DNA of 64,000 nt from Candidatus Moraniibacteriota bacterium (GCA_003483065.1 DMWY01000001.1:8606-72605); one strand, 5' to 3'; positions 19,980 to 31,412 are shown, counted from the stretch's first letter. Notes: generated by a model from the letters alone, not told the origin. A program made the numbers and translations.

Positions 19980-21314
19980 ATGAAAATTGCAATTATTGGA
20001 ACGGGTTATGTGGGATCAGTGACGGGGGCTTGTTTTGCTGAAATGGGCAACACTGTCATTTGCGTGGATAATAATCCACAAAAAGTTGAACAATTCAGAA
20101 GTGGAAAAGTTCCACTGCACGAAAAAGGATTGGATGAGTTGGTGGCGCGAAACTTGAAAAATGAAACTTTGAATTTTACCACTAATTTGAAAGAGGCACT
20201 GGACGCTAGTGACATAGTTTTTATCGCGGTTGGTACTCCGCCCAATGAAGATGGCAGTGCTGACTTGAGTCACGTAATTGGTGTGGCAAAATCAATCGGA
20301 CAAATGATAGAACATGAACTGATTATTGTGGACAAATCAACTGTGCCAGTGGGAACGGCAGAATTAGTCAAAAAAACCATCAAAGAGGAACAAGAAATGC
20401 GGGGAGTGAATATTCCCTTTCATGTTGTGAGTAATCCTGAGTTTTTGGCGCAAGGAACGGCAGTAAAGGACTTTCTTGAGCCTAGTCGCATTGTGGTGGG
20501 GGCAGATGATGAGAAGACCCTAAAAGCAATGGAAGAGCTGTATGCGCCTTTTATGCGCCGGGAGGGTCGTTTTTATGCTATGGATCCAAAAACTGCTGAA
20601 ACAGTGAAGTATGCGGCTAACAGCTTTTTGGCAGCTAAGATATCAATCAACAATGAATTAGCTAATATTTGTGCCAGAGTGGGTGCGGATTTTGATTTAG
20701 TGAGGAAGGCAATGGGGGCCGATCCGAGAATTGGTGAGCCTTTTATGTATGCTGGTCCGGGGTTTGGTGGGAGTTGTTTTCCAAAGGATGTCAAAGCTCT
20801 CATTAAGATTGCCAAAGATTATGGCTATACAGCAGAAATGTTTTTGCAGACATTGGAAACTAATGAGAAACAAAAACATGTTCTGGCGGATATGGTGATA
20901 GAAAAATTTCCCGATAATTTAGAAGGCAAAATTTTCTCTGTTTGGGGTTTGGCTTTCAAGGCGGGGACAGATGATATGCGAGAATCTTCGGCGCTTACAA
21001 TCATCAACAAACTTATCGACAATGGCGCAAAAATTCAAGCCTATGATCCGGAAGCGATGAAGATGGCGAAAACTTCGGAGTATTTCGGCGACAATTCTGC
21101 AATTACTTATTTTGAAAATAAATATGAAGCGCTCAGTGGAACGGATGGACTTTTGATCATTACAGAATGGAAAGAATTTCGTACCCCGGATTTTTCTCAA
21201 ATGAAAAAAAATCTAAAACAGCCGTTGATTTTTGATGGCCGACTTATGTATGACGTCAAAAAGATGCAAGAGCTTGGTTTTGAATATCGTTCAATTGGAA
21301 GAAGAGTTGAATAA
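19980..21314 (+). CDS. ugd: UDP-glucose 6-dehydrogenase (start adjusted to ATG 19980)
   Basis: IGTGYVG, AVGTP, KSTVPVG, NPEFL, GFGGSCFPKD, DDMRES. Confidence 0.93.
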   Translation: MKIAIIGTGYVGSVTGACFAEMGNTVICVDNNPQKVEQFRSGKVPLHEKGLDELVARNLKNETLNFTTNLKEALDASDIVFIAVGTPPNEDGSADLSHVIGVAKSIGQMIEHELIIVDKSTVPVGTAELVKKTIKEEQEMRGVNIPFHVVSNPEFLAQGTAVKDFLEPSRIVVGADDEKTLKAMEELYAPFMRREGRFYAMDPKTAETVKYAANSFLAAKISINNELANICARVGADFDLVRKAMGADPRIGEPFMYAGPGFGGSCFPKDVKALIKIAKDYGYTAEMFLQTLETNEKQKHVLADMVIEKFPDNLEGKIFSVWGLAFKAGTDDMRESSALTIINKLIDNGAKIQAYDPEAMKMAKTSEYFGDNSAITYFENKYEALSGTDGLLIITEWKEFRTPDFSQMKKNLKQPLIFDGRLMYDVKKMQELGFEYRSIGRRVE

Positions 21315-21316
21315 AA

Positions 21317-21748
21317 TTATTTTCTGAAAACTAATTTTTTTCGCATAAAGAAATTCCAAAAAAGAACAAAAATAACAGCGATAATTTTGGCTAGCATTAC
21401 GGGGAGGCCGAGTTTGTCAGACAGCGACCAAAGGATGAATTCTGTCCAAAGAAGTCCAATAGCACCAACAGAGGCAAAGATAATAAATTCTTTTTTGATT
21501 CTGCCACTACTTTCAAAAACAAAAAGAACATTAATGGTGAAATTAGTTAGTATCCCACAACAATAGCTCACTGCGGCTGCGACAAGGTGGTTGATATGCA
21601 AGAATTGGTACAGAGCGAAAAGAACTGAAAGATCAACAAGTGTGGCTGTTCCGCCCGCCACTAAATACCGGAGAAATTGATGAAAAGTCTTCTCCGGCTT
21701 TTTTTTGAGGAAATTTTTTATATCTTCAATTTGCATTTTGTTTTTCAA
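21317..21748 (-). CDS. GtrA family polyprenol-P-sugar flippase
   Basis: QFLRY..GG..T.VD, four TMs, AK...F.WNF. Confidence 0.88.
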   Translation of the reverse strand: MKNKMQIEDIKNFLKKKPEKTFHQFLRYLVAGGTATLVDLSVLFALYQFLHINHLVAAAVSYCCGILTNFTINVLFVFESSGRIKKEFIIFASVGAIGLLWTEFILWSLSDKLGLPVMLAKIIAVIFVLFWNFFMRKKLVFRK

Positions 21749-23639
21749 TTAGTGGACTATTCTTTATCACTTTAACGAAATTTATTTCTCGTTGTCCGAT
21801 GATAACTTCAAATTCTGAACTTTTTGTGGAATATAGTTTTTCAAAATCAATTTTACCCACACCGCCATTGGACATCTTGAGGCTTCGACTCATTCGATCG
21901 GTAGAAATTACAAAATAGTCGAAATTATTTTCTTTGAAAGTTTTATTTTTAAAATCAATATAGCATTTGCCGACAAAAGCTTCACACACCGCTCCTTTGT
22001 CCGACCAAATTGTCATTTCGTGAGCACCTGGTAGATTATTGAGATAGCTTCCTACTTCGAAACTGCCTTCGCCCATTCCTTTCAAATTAACGATGTAATC
22101 TCTTGGTAATATTTCCGAAGCATAGGCGAGAAAATCAGGCTTAATTTGAAAAAGGCTAAACAAAAGAATTAGAATTGAAAAAACATAAGCGACGGGAAGT
22201 TTCCAATCTTCTTTTATTTTTATATATTTCAGAAGTTGAACCATTCCGATGGCGGCCATAACAAAAGTTAATGGATAAGTCATAATTTGATAGCGCACAG
22301 TTGTGGTGACATTGTTAAGGGCGGAACCGAGATAGAAAAATAAAATGAAAATAATTATATAGATGACCGTGATTAGATCGCGATCCATTTCTTTTTTGCG
22401 AAAAATGAAAAATATTGGCGCAAGCATTAATACTAAAATGAATGGCGAAATACTAAACATTAGACTGTATAGATCAGCAATCATAGAGCCGACGTATTGA
22501 TTGGCGATAATCCAAAAGGAACCCATTTTTTGAGTGGAAGTGATAGTTTTTACGCTGGCGTCAATTGTGTCAAGATCAATGCCGATTCCTTTGGGTGAAG
22601 AAATAAATTCTTGAATGTTATATATATCTATTTTTAAAAATACGTTCAGAAAAACAATGACGGTAAAGATGACAAAAATTGCAACAATTGAGCGGGAAAG
22701 AATTTTTTTGTAGCGAATTAGAAATTTGAAAATAAAAGCAAATATTCTGTTTTTCAAGAGAAATGTATCAATACCCAAAAGGAAAATTATTCCCACAAAA
22801 ATCGGCCAAGTTGAAGAAAAAACCGGATTGCCGATTGTAGCATTGAACAAAACGGAAATTTTTACCCAAGTAGCGGGGAAAAAAATAAAAGCAGTGGCAA
22901 TGGCGGTGGCAAACAAGGTCAAATAATTGACAAAAGATTGTTTTAGATATTTTTCAATTTCAATTTTTTGGTGGGCATACAGAATATATTCCAAAAAGAA
23001 AAGCAGAAAAAAATAGATAAAAAGCATATTGGCGACATATTTAGTGATGACCGAAAGCCCAAGAAAGACTCCTGACAAAATCAAATATTTTTTTTCGCCG
23101 GATTTGAAAAAATTGAACAAACTTAGCGTTGAAAGCGCAGTGAGGATCCAAAGTATGGCATCAGAATTGATGATGAGTGAAATTCCAAGCAGAATAGGGG
23201 AGAGGCCAATGAAAATCAAAGCAAAATTAGCGGTGTTTTCTCCTAATAATTTCTTGATAAGAAAATAGAAAATCGGTAAAACCAGAAGCGTGAAGATAAA
23301 AACTGGAAAACGAAGTTTGTGATAGATGTCGCGAATAGCATTGAGCTCAGAAACAGTTTTGGGTTCATAGCGAAGCTTGCCTAAATCTTTTATGTCTTGA
23401 GAAATGAATGGCAATCCAGCACCGGAAATTATCGCCAAGGGTATCCCAGGTTTGTCGCAGATATTGGTACTTTTCCAGTTTTGAGTTTTTATGCTTTTCC
23501 AAAATTGCGGTACGCGATCATATGACCAATATGGTTCATCCACACCAGAAAAATTTCGAAGACGTGGAAGTCCGAAATATAGACTGGAGATTATAACTAC
23601 GGCGAAAATTAGGATGGCGGTTATTTTTTTCTGATTCAT
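21726..23639 (-). CDS. GT-C glycosyltransferase (ArnT/PMT_2-like), paralogue of 23652-25526
   Basis: DE motif after TM1, CDKPG, N.DA, TK, VRY; about 13 TMs. Confidence 0.8.
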   Translation of the reverse strand: MNQKKITAILIFAVVIISSLYFGLPRLRNFSGVDEPYWSYDRVPQFWKSIKTQNWKSTNICDKPGIPLAIISGAGLPFISQDIKDLGKLRYEPKTVSELNAIRDIYHKLRFPVFIFTLLVLPIFYFLIKKLLGENTANFALIFIGLSPILLGISLIINSDAILWILTALSTLSLFNFFKSGEKKYLILSGVFLGLSVITKYVANMLFIYFFLLFFLEYILYAHQKIEIEKYLKQSFVNYLTLFATAIATAFIFFPATWVKISVLFNATIGNPVFSSTWPIFVGIIFLLGIDTFLLKNRIFAFIFKFLIRYKKILSRSIVAIFVIFTVIVFLNVFLKIDIYNIQEFISSPKGIGIDLDTIDASVKTITSTQKMGSFWIIANQYVGSMIADLYSLMFSISPFILVLMLAPIFFIFRKKEMDRDLITVIYIIIFILFFYLGSALNNVTTTVRYQIMTYPLTFVMAAIGMVQLLKYIKIKEDWKLPVAYVFSILILLFSLFQIKPDFLAYASEILPRDYIVNLKGMGEGSFEVGSYLNNLPGAHEMTIWSDKGAVCEAFVGKCYIDFKNKTFKENNFDYFVISTDRMSRSLKMSNGGVGKIDFEKLYSTKSSEFEVIIGQREINFVKVIKNSPLIEKQNAN

Positions 23640-23651
23640 TTTTTTGAATAT

Positions 23652-25526
23652 TTATTTATTTGCCGATTGGGCACTGGTTATTTTAACATAATTATTAGTT
23701 CGTCCGCCAATGATAATTTTAAAGTCGCTAGATTCCTTTCCAGAATACATTTTTGTGAGATTTACTAATTCTGTGCCAATTTTGTAGTCTTGTGTTCCCA
23801 CTACCTTCGCTTCGCTAAATACCTCGTCTCTCTCACTTCGCGAAGTTACAAAGTAGTCAAAAGTGAGATTATCTTTCGCTTGCTGAGAACACTTACCAAT
23901 AAATTTTTCGCAAACTTGTTTCTTATCTGAAAAAATAACTAAATCTTTCGCATCAGGCAAAGCATTGAGATATTCTGATGCTTCCCAAGATCCGTCGGCC
24001 ATATCTCTAGGGTTGACAATGTATTTTTGTGGTAGAATTTCTGAAGAATAGGAAAGAAAAAATGGTCTAATGGATCGAAGTGAAATAATTGAAGTTAAAA
24101 TAAGTAAGGTTATTAGGATATAAAAAGTAGTTTCAGGAAGATATTTCTGGATGCTTTTTGACTTTATGAATTCATGAAGTCCAATAGCGGCAAGAATTGA
24201 GGCGAGGGGATAGATAACAATTTGATAGCGGACAGTCGAACTTATATGTGCTATAGAATTAGCTAAATAGAAAACTAAAATAAATGAAAGTAGATTGAAG
24301 GCCATTAAGAGATTATTTTTTTCTTTGATATTCTTGGAGAAAATCAGAAAGAAAACAGCTGAAATGAGAAATAGCGTAGTTATTGGTGGAATACCATAAA
24401 TTAAAGGGTAAAAAGCTGATAATAGACTGCTTAAAAATTCTGCAAAGGATGATGTGTCAGCTTTAGGCATGAAATGAATTGTTTCAAAATCGTAGTACTT
24501 CATTTCCTGAATGACATTTATAAAAACAAAAAATATTAAAAATAATACAAAAGAACTGATGATTTTTATGAATATTGATTTGTGAGTGCGAAAAGGAGCG
24601 CATATTTTTTGGACAAAAAAGCTTTTGAGTATGAATATATCAGCTGAAATTATAGCTAACATCGCTAGAAACATTGGCCATATTCTTTCAAAAGCCATAC
24701 TGAGAATAGTCGTTTCAAGGAGGCTTTTTATCGGTTTTATCCAGGCATTGGGATAAAAAATCAAAATAGTCGCGATTGAAATTAGAACGAGAATAAAATA
24801 ATCCCGCATTGATTTTTTGAAATACTGAATATTTTCTTCCTTAGAACAATCATCTAGGATATATTTTAGAAAAATCAAAGCTAGAAAAAAAGGAAAAAGC
24901 AAATTTGCAACAAATTTATTCAAAATTGAAAAACCAAGAATAATTCCGGCAAGATATAGAAACTTTCTGTTATTCTCTTTTTGATAAACCAAAAAACTCA
25001 AAAGAGAAAAAGGCATCAAAATCCAAAGAATGGCATCAGTGTTTACGATTAGGGAAATGCCCAGGAGAATTGGGGAGAGTCCGATAAAAATGATTGATAG
25101 CAGGGCGATTTTTTCATTCCATAATCTTTTGATGAAAAAATAAAAAAATGGCAAGGATAACAATGTGAATATATATACCGGTAATCGCAAAACGAGATAG
25201 ATTTTCTTAATAGTAGCTAATTGTTCCGGTGTTTTTGCTTGGGAGCGTATTTTTTCATATTTCTGCGGATCAGGAATAAAAGGTAACCCGATACCGGAAA
25301 TAGCAGCCAATGTTACGCCTGGTTTGTCGCATAAGCTAGTGCCTTTCCAGTTACCCTTTTTTATACTTTTCCAAAATCTCGGCACTCGATCATATGACCA
25401 AAGCGCTTCGTCGATTGCGCTGAATTTTTCAATTCTAGGAATGCCAAAATAGAGGTTTACAGAAATCACTGCGATAAACACAAGAATAGCTGGTATTTCT
25501 TTTTTTATTTTTGAAAATTTAACCAT
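23652..25526 (-). CDS. GT-C glycosyltransferase (ArnT/PMT_2-like)
   Basis: FSAIDEALWSYDRVP, CDKPG, TVRYQI shared with its neighbour. Confidence 0.8.
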   Translation of the reverse strand: MVKFSKIKKEIPAILVFIAVISVNLYFGIPRIEKFSAIDEALWSYDRVPRFWKSIKKGNWKGTSLCDKPGVTLAAISGIGLPFIPDPQKYEKIRSQAKTPEQLATIKKIYLVLRLPVYIFTLLSLPFFYFFIKRLWNEKIALLSIIFIGLSPILLGISLIVNTDAILWILMPFSLLSFLVYQKENNRKFLYLAGIILGFSILNKFVANLLFPFFLALIFLKYILDDCSKEENIQYFKKSMRDYFILVLISIATILIFYPNAWIKPIKSLLETTILSMAFERIWPMFLAMLAIISADIFILKSFFVQKICAPFRTHKSIFIKIISSFVLFLIFFVFINVIQEMKYYDFETIHFMPKADTSSFAEFLSSLLSAFYPLIYGIPPITTLFLISAVFFLIFSKNIKEKNNLLMAFNLLSFILVFYLANSIAHISSTVRYQIVIYPLASILAAIGLHEFIKSKSIQKYLPETTFYILITLLILTSIISLRSIRPFFLSYSSEILPQKYIVNPRDMADGSWEASEYLNALPDAKDLVIFSDKKQVCEKFIGKCSQQAKDNLTFDYFVTSRSERDEVFSEAKVVGTQDYKIGTELVNLTKMYSGKESSDFKIIIGGRTNNYVKITSAQSANK

Positions 25527-25532
25527 AGTAAC

Positions 25533-25561
25533 AGTATAGTTTCAAAAAGCCAGTTTGTAAA
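25533..25561 (-). promoter_or_regulatory. promoter, probably leaderless transcript
   Basis: TTTACA-N17-TATACT, 6 nt before ATG 25526. Confidence 0.5.
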
Positions 25562-27676
25562 CTATTTATTTTCAATTTTTCTTTTTTGAATATAGAAAAA
25601 TGAGCCAATAATAATTCCGGATATTAAGCTAAAAAATGTAGCAAAGTAGAAAGTTTTTGGGCAATAGCTGATTTCAATTAAATGATTGCCTTTTTCAAGT
25701 GGAAAATCAAAGAAAATTTCATTTTTTGTTATTTTGATTTTCCGACCATCAATTTTCACTTGCCAATTTTTATCATATTTTAGATAAGTGTTTATAATCT
25801 CATCAGAAGAATTGTTGATTTGCATAATCATATGCCCTTCTTCTTTTTTCAAGTAATGACCAGCTATGTTGTTTTTTATCAAATCGAGTTCATTATTATT
25901 ATCATTTAAATAAATAATTCTATCAGTATTGACTATGGAAGCGACTCCTGCCTTTTTTAAATTTTGGTAGTTTGGCGGTAATGCGTCATTGGAAGCAGGC
26001 ACTCCTCTTAACTTAATGCCTAATTTAGCATAATAATTAACATAGTTTTTTTCCTTGAGTTGGCTGTTTCCAAATGGACTCCAATTTTTATACAAAAGAG
26101 ACTCTGTTCCTACTATGGGAGTAGAATTTAATATAACTCTTTTGTTTTCTAATTCCTTAGGAATGGATGCTGTTTTATAATTGGATATATTATGTATTCT
26201 GGCGGACAGTACATCTTTACTAAAATAAATTAAATCAAAAAAAACTATTGCAATAAGAGCTATTTTGATTGATGGCAAGGCTTTGGCAAAAATGTGAGGG
26301 TGCCATTTTCTAAGAATAAATAACAAAAATAAAATACTAAACATTACTAGTACGATTATTTTGAGAATCGAAAAATATGGATAATTTTGAATATAATCAA
26401 ATGAGACATAGGAATTTATTTTTCTGGCAGTTCCTCCGGTTTCCGTACTTGCCAATACGAACATGTATATTATTGGAGATAATACAAGTAAAATGCCACT
26501 GCGTGTATTTCTAAAAGAAATCTCATTTAATTTTTCTATTAACATGGCCACCAAAAGAGCGATTCCGAAGCTGGAAAGTGCAGCGGTTCTTACCCATTCT
26601 CTAAAAAGTGTGATTATTGGCGTGTAGCTGGGAAATATTTTATTGTGATCCATAAAAGCAAATATCAAAAAAACCCATATAAATATAAAAGATAAAACAA
26701 TCTCCCTTGATTTTTTCAACATAAGTAAAGCCAAAACTGATAAAATCATAGAACTGATACCAAAATAGGTATATATTTCTCCATAACCAAAAGCATCAGT
26801 TATTTGTTGCCCTATGAAATTTTCATATTTTCCAAAGAGATAAGGAATAAAAGAAAAGACGGCCATGCGAGGGCTTAGGGAGCCCTTAAGATAATCTAGG
26901 TTGGAACTGCGCATACTTTGGTTGAATAACTCGTAAGTGGGTGCGAGTTGGGGAAGAGTTTCAAGAATAATTAGGGGAATGATAACTAAAAAATAAAAAA
27001 TAAATGTTCTAAGGGATATTTTTTTATAAGAAAAAACAATCATATATAAAAATATTCCTAAGCCAATAATGACTGCTGATTGCATATGCCCCCATAAAAT
27101 TGCATTGGCTATTACCAGAGATTGGAATAGAATATATCTGAATTTTTTCTTTTCAATAAAAAGATCCGCCAGGAGAAAGGCGGTCGGAATTAGATAAAGA
27201 GACATAGTCATATTGAAATGCACCTGATGATTAAGGAAAAAAGTGTTGAAATAAAATATTACATTTGCTGTGACAAAACCCAAAAGTCCAATGCCTCTGC
27301 GTTTTAACAGAAAATAAAGACTCAATGAGCCTAATAAATATTCGAATAAATGTAGTATCTTATAAGATAAGAGGGGACCAAAAATCAAAATACTCACATC
27401 ATTTAGCGGATTGAGAAAAGCGTTTTCCGGATCGGCATAAATAGGAAATCCAGAGTACATTCTTTCTGTCCAAAAAGGGAAGGAATGTTCCTGAGTAATT
27501 TTTTCATAAAAGTATGTTCTAGCAGGAACATGTTTTGTTTGTACATCAGATATTTTTCCCTCGCTACCCCAAAAAAAATTAGACGGAGTTAAGAATTGTC
27601 CAAAAAAAATAATGTATGTCAAGAATGAAAAACATACAGCGGATAAAAAAATTTTGTTACGAAGGATTATTCTCAT
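25562..27676 (-). CDS. YfhO-family membrane glycosyltransferase (GT-C)
   Basis: FPFW....SGFP..ADP, GH.Q, C-terminal YDKNWQVKIDG...GNH.IE.SY.P plus terminal TM. Confidence 0.75.
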   Translation of the reverse strand: MRIILRNKIFLSAVCFSFLTYIIFFGQFLTPSNFFWGSEGKISDVQTKHVPARTYFYEKITQEHSFPFWTERMYSGFPIYADPENAFLNPLNDVSILIFGPLLSYKILHLFEYLLGSLSLYFLLKRRGIGLLGFVTANVIFYFNTFFLNHQVHFNMTMSLYLIPTAFLLADLFIEKKKFRYILFQSLVIANAILWGHMQSAVIIGLGIFLYMIVFSYKKISLRTFIFYFLVIIPLIILETLPQLAPTYELFNQSMRSSNLDYLKGSLSPRMAVFSFIPYLFGKYENFIGQQITDAFGYGEIYTYFGISSMILSVLALLMLKKSREIVLSFIFIWVFLIFAFMDHNKIFPSYTPIITLFREWVRTAALSSFGIALLVAMLIEKLNEISFRNTRSGILLVLSPIIYMFVLASTETGGTARKINSYVSFDYIQNYPYFSILKIIVLVMFSILFLLFILRKWHPHIFAKALPSIKIALIAIVFFDLIYFSKDVLSARIHNISNYKTASIPKELENKRVILNSTPIVGTESLLYKNWSPFGNSQLKEKNYVNYYAKLGIKLRGVPASNDALPPNYQNLKKAGVASIVNTDRIIYLNDNNNELDLIKNNIAGHYLKKEEGHMIMQINNSSDEIINTYLKYDKNWQVKIDGRKIKITKNEIFFDFPLEKGNHLIEISYCPKTFYFATFFSLISGIIIGSFFYIQKRKIENK

Positions 27677-27770
27677 TAGATTATAGAAATGTTATTGGAT
27701 TGATAAATTTTGTAACTATTAATATAATAGTAGGTATAGCTTACTCAGTCAATTTTCACCCTTTTTGCGC

Positions 27771-27799
27771 TTGCCGATATCGAAAGTTAATCCTATAAT
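27771..27799 (+). promoter_or_regulatory. sigma70-like promoter of the GT-C tandem array
   Basis: TTGCCG-N17-TATAAT. Confidence 0.55.
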
Positions 27800-27835
27800 A
27801 AAAATGCAGTTTTAAATTTGAATTAAACTTAATTT

Positions 27836-29629
27836 ATGACAAACCTATTAACCAAAAAATATGCCGTTGCGATTGTTATGCTAGCGATAGTCATCGGCGC
27901 TTTTACTTTCCGTTTTTACAATTTTTCTGATTGGTTATATTTCAAGATGGACCAATCGCGCGACGCGCAACTCATTAGTCATGCTATAAACGAAGGACCG
28001 ATGATGCTATCACTTTTGGGACCGAGAGCGGGCGCAACCGAAGTGGATAATGGCTTTTTGCGACTTGGTCCGGCCTATTATTATTTTCAATACATTTCTG
28101 GTTTTGTTTTCAATTCTACCGCTCCACAAGTCTTTGCCTATCCGGATTTGTTTTTTTCGATTTTGGGGATAATTTTGCTCTATTTTTTCTCGAGAATTTA
28201 TTTTTCCAAAAATATTTCACTTCTCATTTCGGCGATGTACGCTTTTTCTTTTATTGTGATTCAGTATTCTCGTTTTGCTTGGAATCCTAACTCGTTGCAA
28301 TTTTTTGCCCTGCTAACTTTTTTGGGACTTTTGAAATTTTTGAGCGAACAAAAATTAAAAAGAAAAATAGGCTGGCTAATTGTTTGGGCACTCGGGCTCT
28401 CTATTGGATCACAACTACATTTTTTTGGTTTCTTTGTGCTCACAGCTATTTCTGGGTGTCTCATTTTTTTTCACAGTCAATTTTGGCGATTACAAAAAAT
28501 CAAAGATATATTTCAGAAAAATATTTTGCAAAAAATAGCCGTTTATTCTTTGATTTTCATCTCTGTCTTCGCTTTGATTTATTCGCCTGTGATCATAAGC
28601 GACATAATGAGAAAGGGTGAAAACGCCGGAAATTTCATTCAAGCTTTGAGTTCTAAGGCGAAAAACAAAACTTTCGCAGAAAAAATATCCAAGAATTTTT
28701 CTGAGAATACTAAATATTATTGTCTCATCACCACTTCTTTTTGCGGAGAAGGGGAACCGTTTGATAGCGCAAAAAGTGCCTTGGCGTCAATTTTTTCGCT
28801 CGCATTGATTTTTTCCGGTTTGATTTTGATTGGGAAAGCCTTGCAAAAAGAAAAGAGTATTGAGAGGAGAAATTTTTTGGCGTTGCTGTTTTTATGGGTA
28901 GGCATGTTTTTCATTTTTACTTTTCCGGTTTCTTTTCAGCTTCGTCCAAGATTTTTCATTCTAGTTTTTGCTGTGCCATTTTTGCTTAGCGGAATAATAT
29001 TTGATTTTTTTCAAGAAAAATGGACAAAAAAAGCAATGTATTTTATTTTGGTATTTGCAACTATGATAATTGGATTAAATATATATGGAACACTGGCATG
29101 GTTTTCGGAGATGAATCAATCTCAAACTAAGGATGTGGAAATAAGTCGTACGTTGATTTTGAAAAACCAAGATGGTGTGACTTTAGGTGAACTGCAAAAA
29201 GCATCGGATTTTATCTATGAAAAAAGAAAAATAGGCAAAGACGTTTATTATTATGTAAAACCTGAGCATATAAATCCGATAAAATATATTTTAGCGCAAA
29301 AGAAAGACGCTAATTTTGTTTATGCGACTTTAAGTTTAAATGAAAATCCTAATGCTCAGTATTTTGCGATTATTCCTTCTGATGCTGATCCAAAAAAAGT
29401 TTTGGAAAAAAAATATGAAGTGCCGGTTGAGATATTATCTTCTCAAAATTGTGGCCAAATTTCAGTTTATGAGATAACTTTTCCCGAAAGAACTATTTCT
29501 AAGAATTTCAGATTTAACAAAAAATATTCCAAAACCGATCGACTTTTTTGGAAAGATGTTTTTGGAATAAGGAAAAGTTCAATTGAGGACGAAGATGAAT
29601 TAACTGATGATATAAATATGAATGAGTAA
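27836..29629 (+). CDS. GT-C glycosyltransferase (ArnT/PMT_2-like), paralogue 1
   Basis: DQSRD, LGP.AG, LGP.YYY, YSRFAWNPNS, QLH. Confidence 0.82.
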   Translation: MTNLLTKKYAVAIVMLAIVIGAFTFRFYNFSDWLYFKMDQSRDAQLISHAINEGPMMLSLLGPRAGATEVDNGFLRLGPAYYYFQYISGFVFNSTAPQVFAYPDLFFSILGIILLYFFSRIYFSKNISLLISAMYAFSFIVIQYSRFAWNPNSLQFFALLTFLGLLKFLSEQKLKRKIGWLIVWALGLSIGSQLHFFGFFVLTAISGCLIFFHSQFWRLQKIKDIFQKNILQKIAVYSLIFISVFALIYSPVIISDIMRKGENAGNFIQALSSKAKNKTFAEKISKNFSENTKYYCLITTSFCGEGEPFDSAKSALASIFSLALIFSGLILIGKALQKEKSIERRNFLALLFLWVGMFFIFTFPVSFQLRPRFFILVFAVPFLLSGIIFDFFQEKWTKKAMYFILVFATMIIGLNIYGTLAWFSEMNQSQTKDVEISRTLILKNQDGVTLGELQKASDFIYEKRKIGKDVYYYVKPEHINPIKYILAQKKDANFVYATLSLNENPNAQYFAIIPSDADPKKVLEKKYEVPVEILSSQNCGQISVYEITFPERTISKNFRFNKKYSKTDRLFWKDVFGIRKSSIEDEDELTDDINMNE

Positions 29630-31397
29630 TATTTTGGAAAAAATAAAAAAATATCAAATTGCAATAATATTATCGCTAATTATTATTGTCGGTATATTTT
29701 TGCGCACCTATCATTTTTCGGATTGGTTGTTTTTTCAATCTGACCAATCAAGGGATTTGAATTTGGTAAGTCATGCAGTTGAAAATGGTCCTGGTTGGCT
29801 ACCGCTTTTAGGGCCAAAAGCCGGAGGAACATTTTTGCGCTTGGGTCCGATTTTCTATTATTTTCTATATCTTTCCGGAAAAATTTTTGGACTGAGCGAA
29901 CCTTGGAAAGCTGCTTTTCCGGATTTGTTTTTTTCTGTTTTGACCATTCCACTTTTCTATTTTTTCCTCAAAGAATTTTTTTCCAAAAATTGGACACTTA
30001 TAATCACGGCTTCATACGCAGTTTGTTTTTTTGCGGTTCAATATTCTCGCTTTGCTTGGAATCCCAATTCTCTGCCTTTTTTCAATCTGCTTTTCTTTTA
30101 TGCTTTATTGAAATTTTTTGATGCTTCGGATAGACGAAGAATGATTTGCTGGACAATAGTTACGGGAATTTCTTATGCCATTGCTAGTCAACTTCATTTT
30201 GTTTGTTTTTTTAGTTTTCCGATTGCCACCTTGGCAATTATTTTATTTCGAAAAATTATTCTTAAATATTCAGTCGGTCAATTTTTCAAATATGTCCCGA
30301 TTGTTATTGCCATTTTTATTTTATTTTATATTCCAATGATACTTAGCGATATGCAAGCCGACGGGAATAATGCGATTAATTTTTTGGTTTCTTTTGAAAG
30401 TAAGAGTTCGGATTCTGGGATAGCAGAGCTTGCAAAGACAAATATTTTTAATTTTTCCAAGTACTTTGCAATTATTTGGTCGGGCGTGGTTGATGCGGAT
30501 AAAAAAACATACAAATTATTTTCATACTTTATGCTTGCCGGATTGATTGGTGGAGGCTTGCTTTTTAGAAAAGAAACAGACGTAAGAAAAAAAATGTTTA
30601 TATTTGCAATTTTTGCGTGGCTTATTTCTTATTTCATTGTTTATTTCCCTCTAGGATCAAAGGTTCAGCCGAGACATTTTTTGCCGATTTTGCCGTTGCC
30701 ATTTATCTTTTGGGGATTTTTGATTTTATTTATAAATAAAATCAGCTGGAAATATAAATCTTTGATCATTGGGTCAATGTTGTTTTTGCCTATCGCGCTT
30801 AACGCGTATAGCGTCAAAACTTGGTTTGGCGAGCTTGGCGATTCGCAAACTAAAATTTCTCATCCGAGAAAATCAGCGCTTTTGAAATCAGTAGAGGGTG
30901 AAGATTGGTGGCATTTGAAAAAAACGGCTGAATATATAAAAAATGATTGCTATGGAGAAGATAAAAAAATATTCATTATTCCGCTTAAGAAAAGCTATCG
31001 CGATCTTATTAGTTATTCACTGGAAAGTATTGGAGAAAAAAGGGAATACAGTATAAAACTCGGATCGATGGAATATTATCCGGACAGTTGCTATTATTTT
31101 ATGTATTTTATGAAAAATTATTCTCCTGATTATTTTGATGGGCAAATAAGAAAAATAAGCGAAAAAAGTTTTGGTGATATTGGCGTTGTGCATTTTAAAA
31201 TAAATTCACAAGCGATAGCAGGGGGGGATAAAATTGAAAATCCTTTCAGAAAAGAAGACGGAGGGCAAGAAAGAAAAGATAGTAATATTGAAAGTGGCTC
31301 AGATGACAATAGCTCAATCGATGGAAGTGAGGATAATTCATGGTTGATTCCAAAAAGAAGAGAAAGAATTTTCTGGAAAGATTTATTTAATCAATAA
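29622..31397 (+). CDS. GT-C glycosyltransferase, paralogue 2
   Basis: DQSRD, LGPKAGG, YSRFAWNPNS, QLH. Confidence 0.82.
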   Translation: MSNILEKIKKYQIAIILSLIIIVGIFLRTYHFSDWLFFQSDQSRDLNLVSHAVENGPGWLPLLGPKAGGTFLRLGPIFYYFLYLSGKIFGLSEPWKAAFPDLFFSVLTIPLFYFFLKEFFSKNWTLIITASYAVCFFAVQYSRFAWNPNSLPFFNLLFFYALLKFFDASDRRRMICWTIVTGISYAIASQLHFVCFFSFPIATLAIILFRKIILKYSVGQFFKYVPIVIAIFILFYIPMILSDMQADGNNAINFLVSFESKSSDSGIAELAKTNIFNFSKYFAIIWSGVVDADKKTYKLFSYFMLAGLIGGGLLFRKETDVRKKMFIFAIFAWLISYFIVYFPLGSKVQPRHFLPILPLPFIFWGFLILFINKISWKYKSLIIGSMLFLPIALNAYSVKTWFGELGDSQTKISHPRKSALLKSVEGEDWWHLKKTAEYIKNDCYGEDKKIFIIPLKKSYRDLISYSLESIGEKREYSIKLGSMEYYPDSCYYFMYFMKNYSPDYFDGQIRKISEKSFGDIGVVHFKINSQAIAGGDKIENPFRKEDGGQERKDSNIESGSDDNSSIDGSEDNSWLIPKRRERIFWKDLFNQ

Positions 31398-31412
31398 AAT
31401 AATAGTTAAATT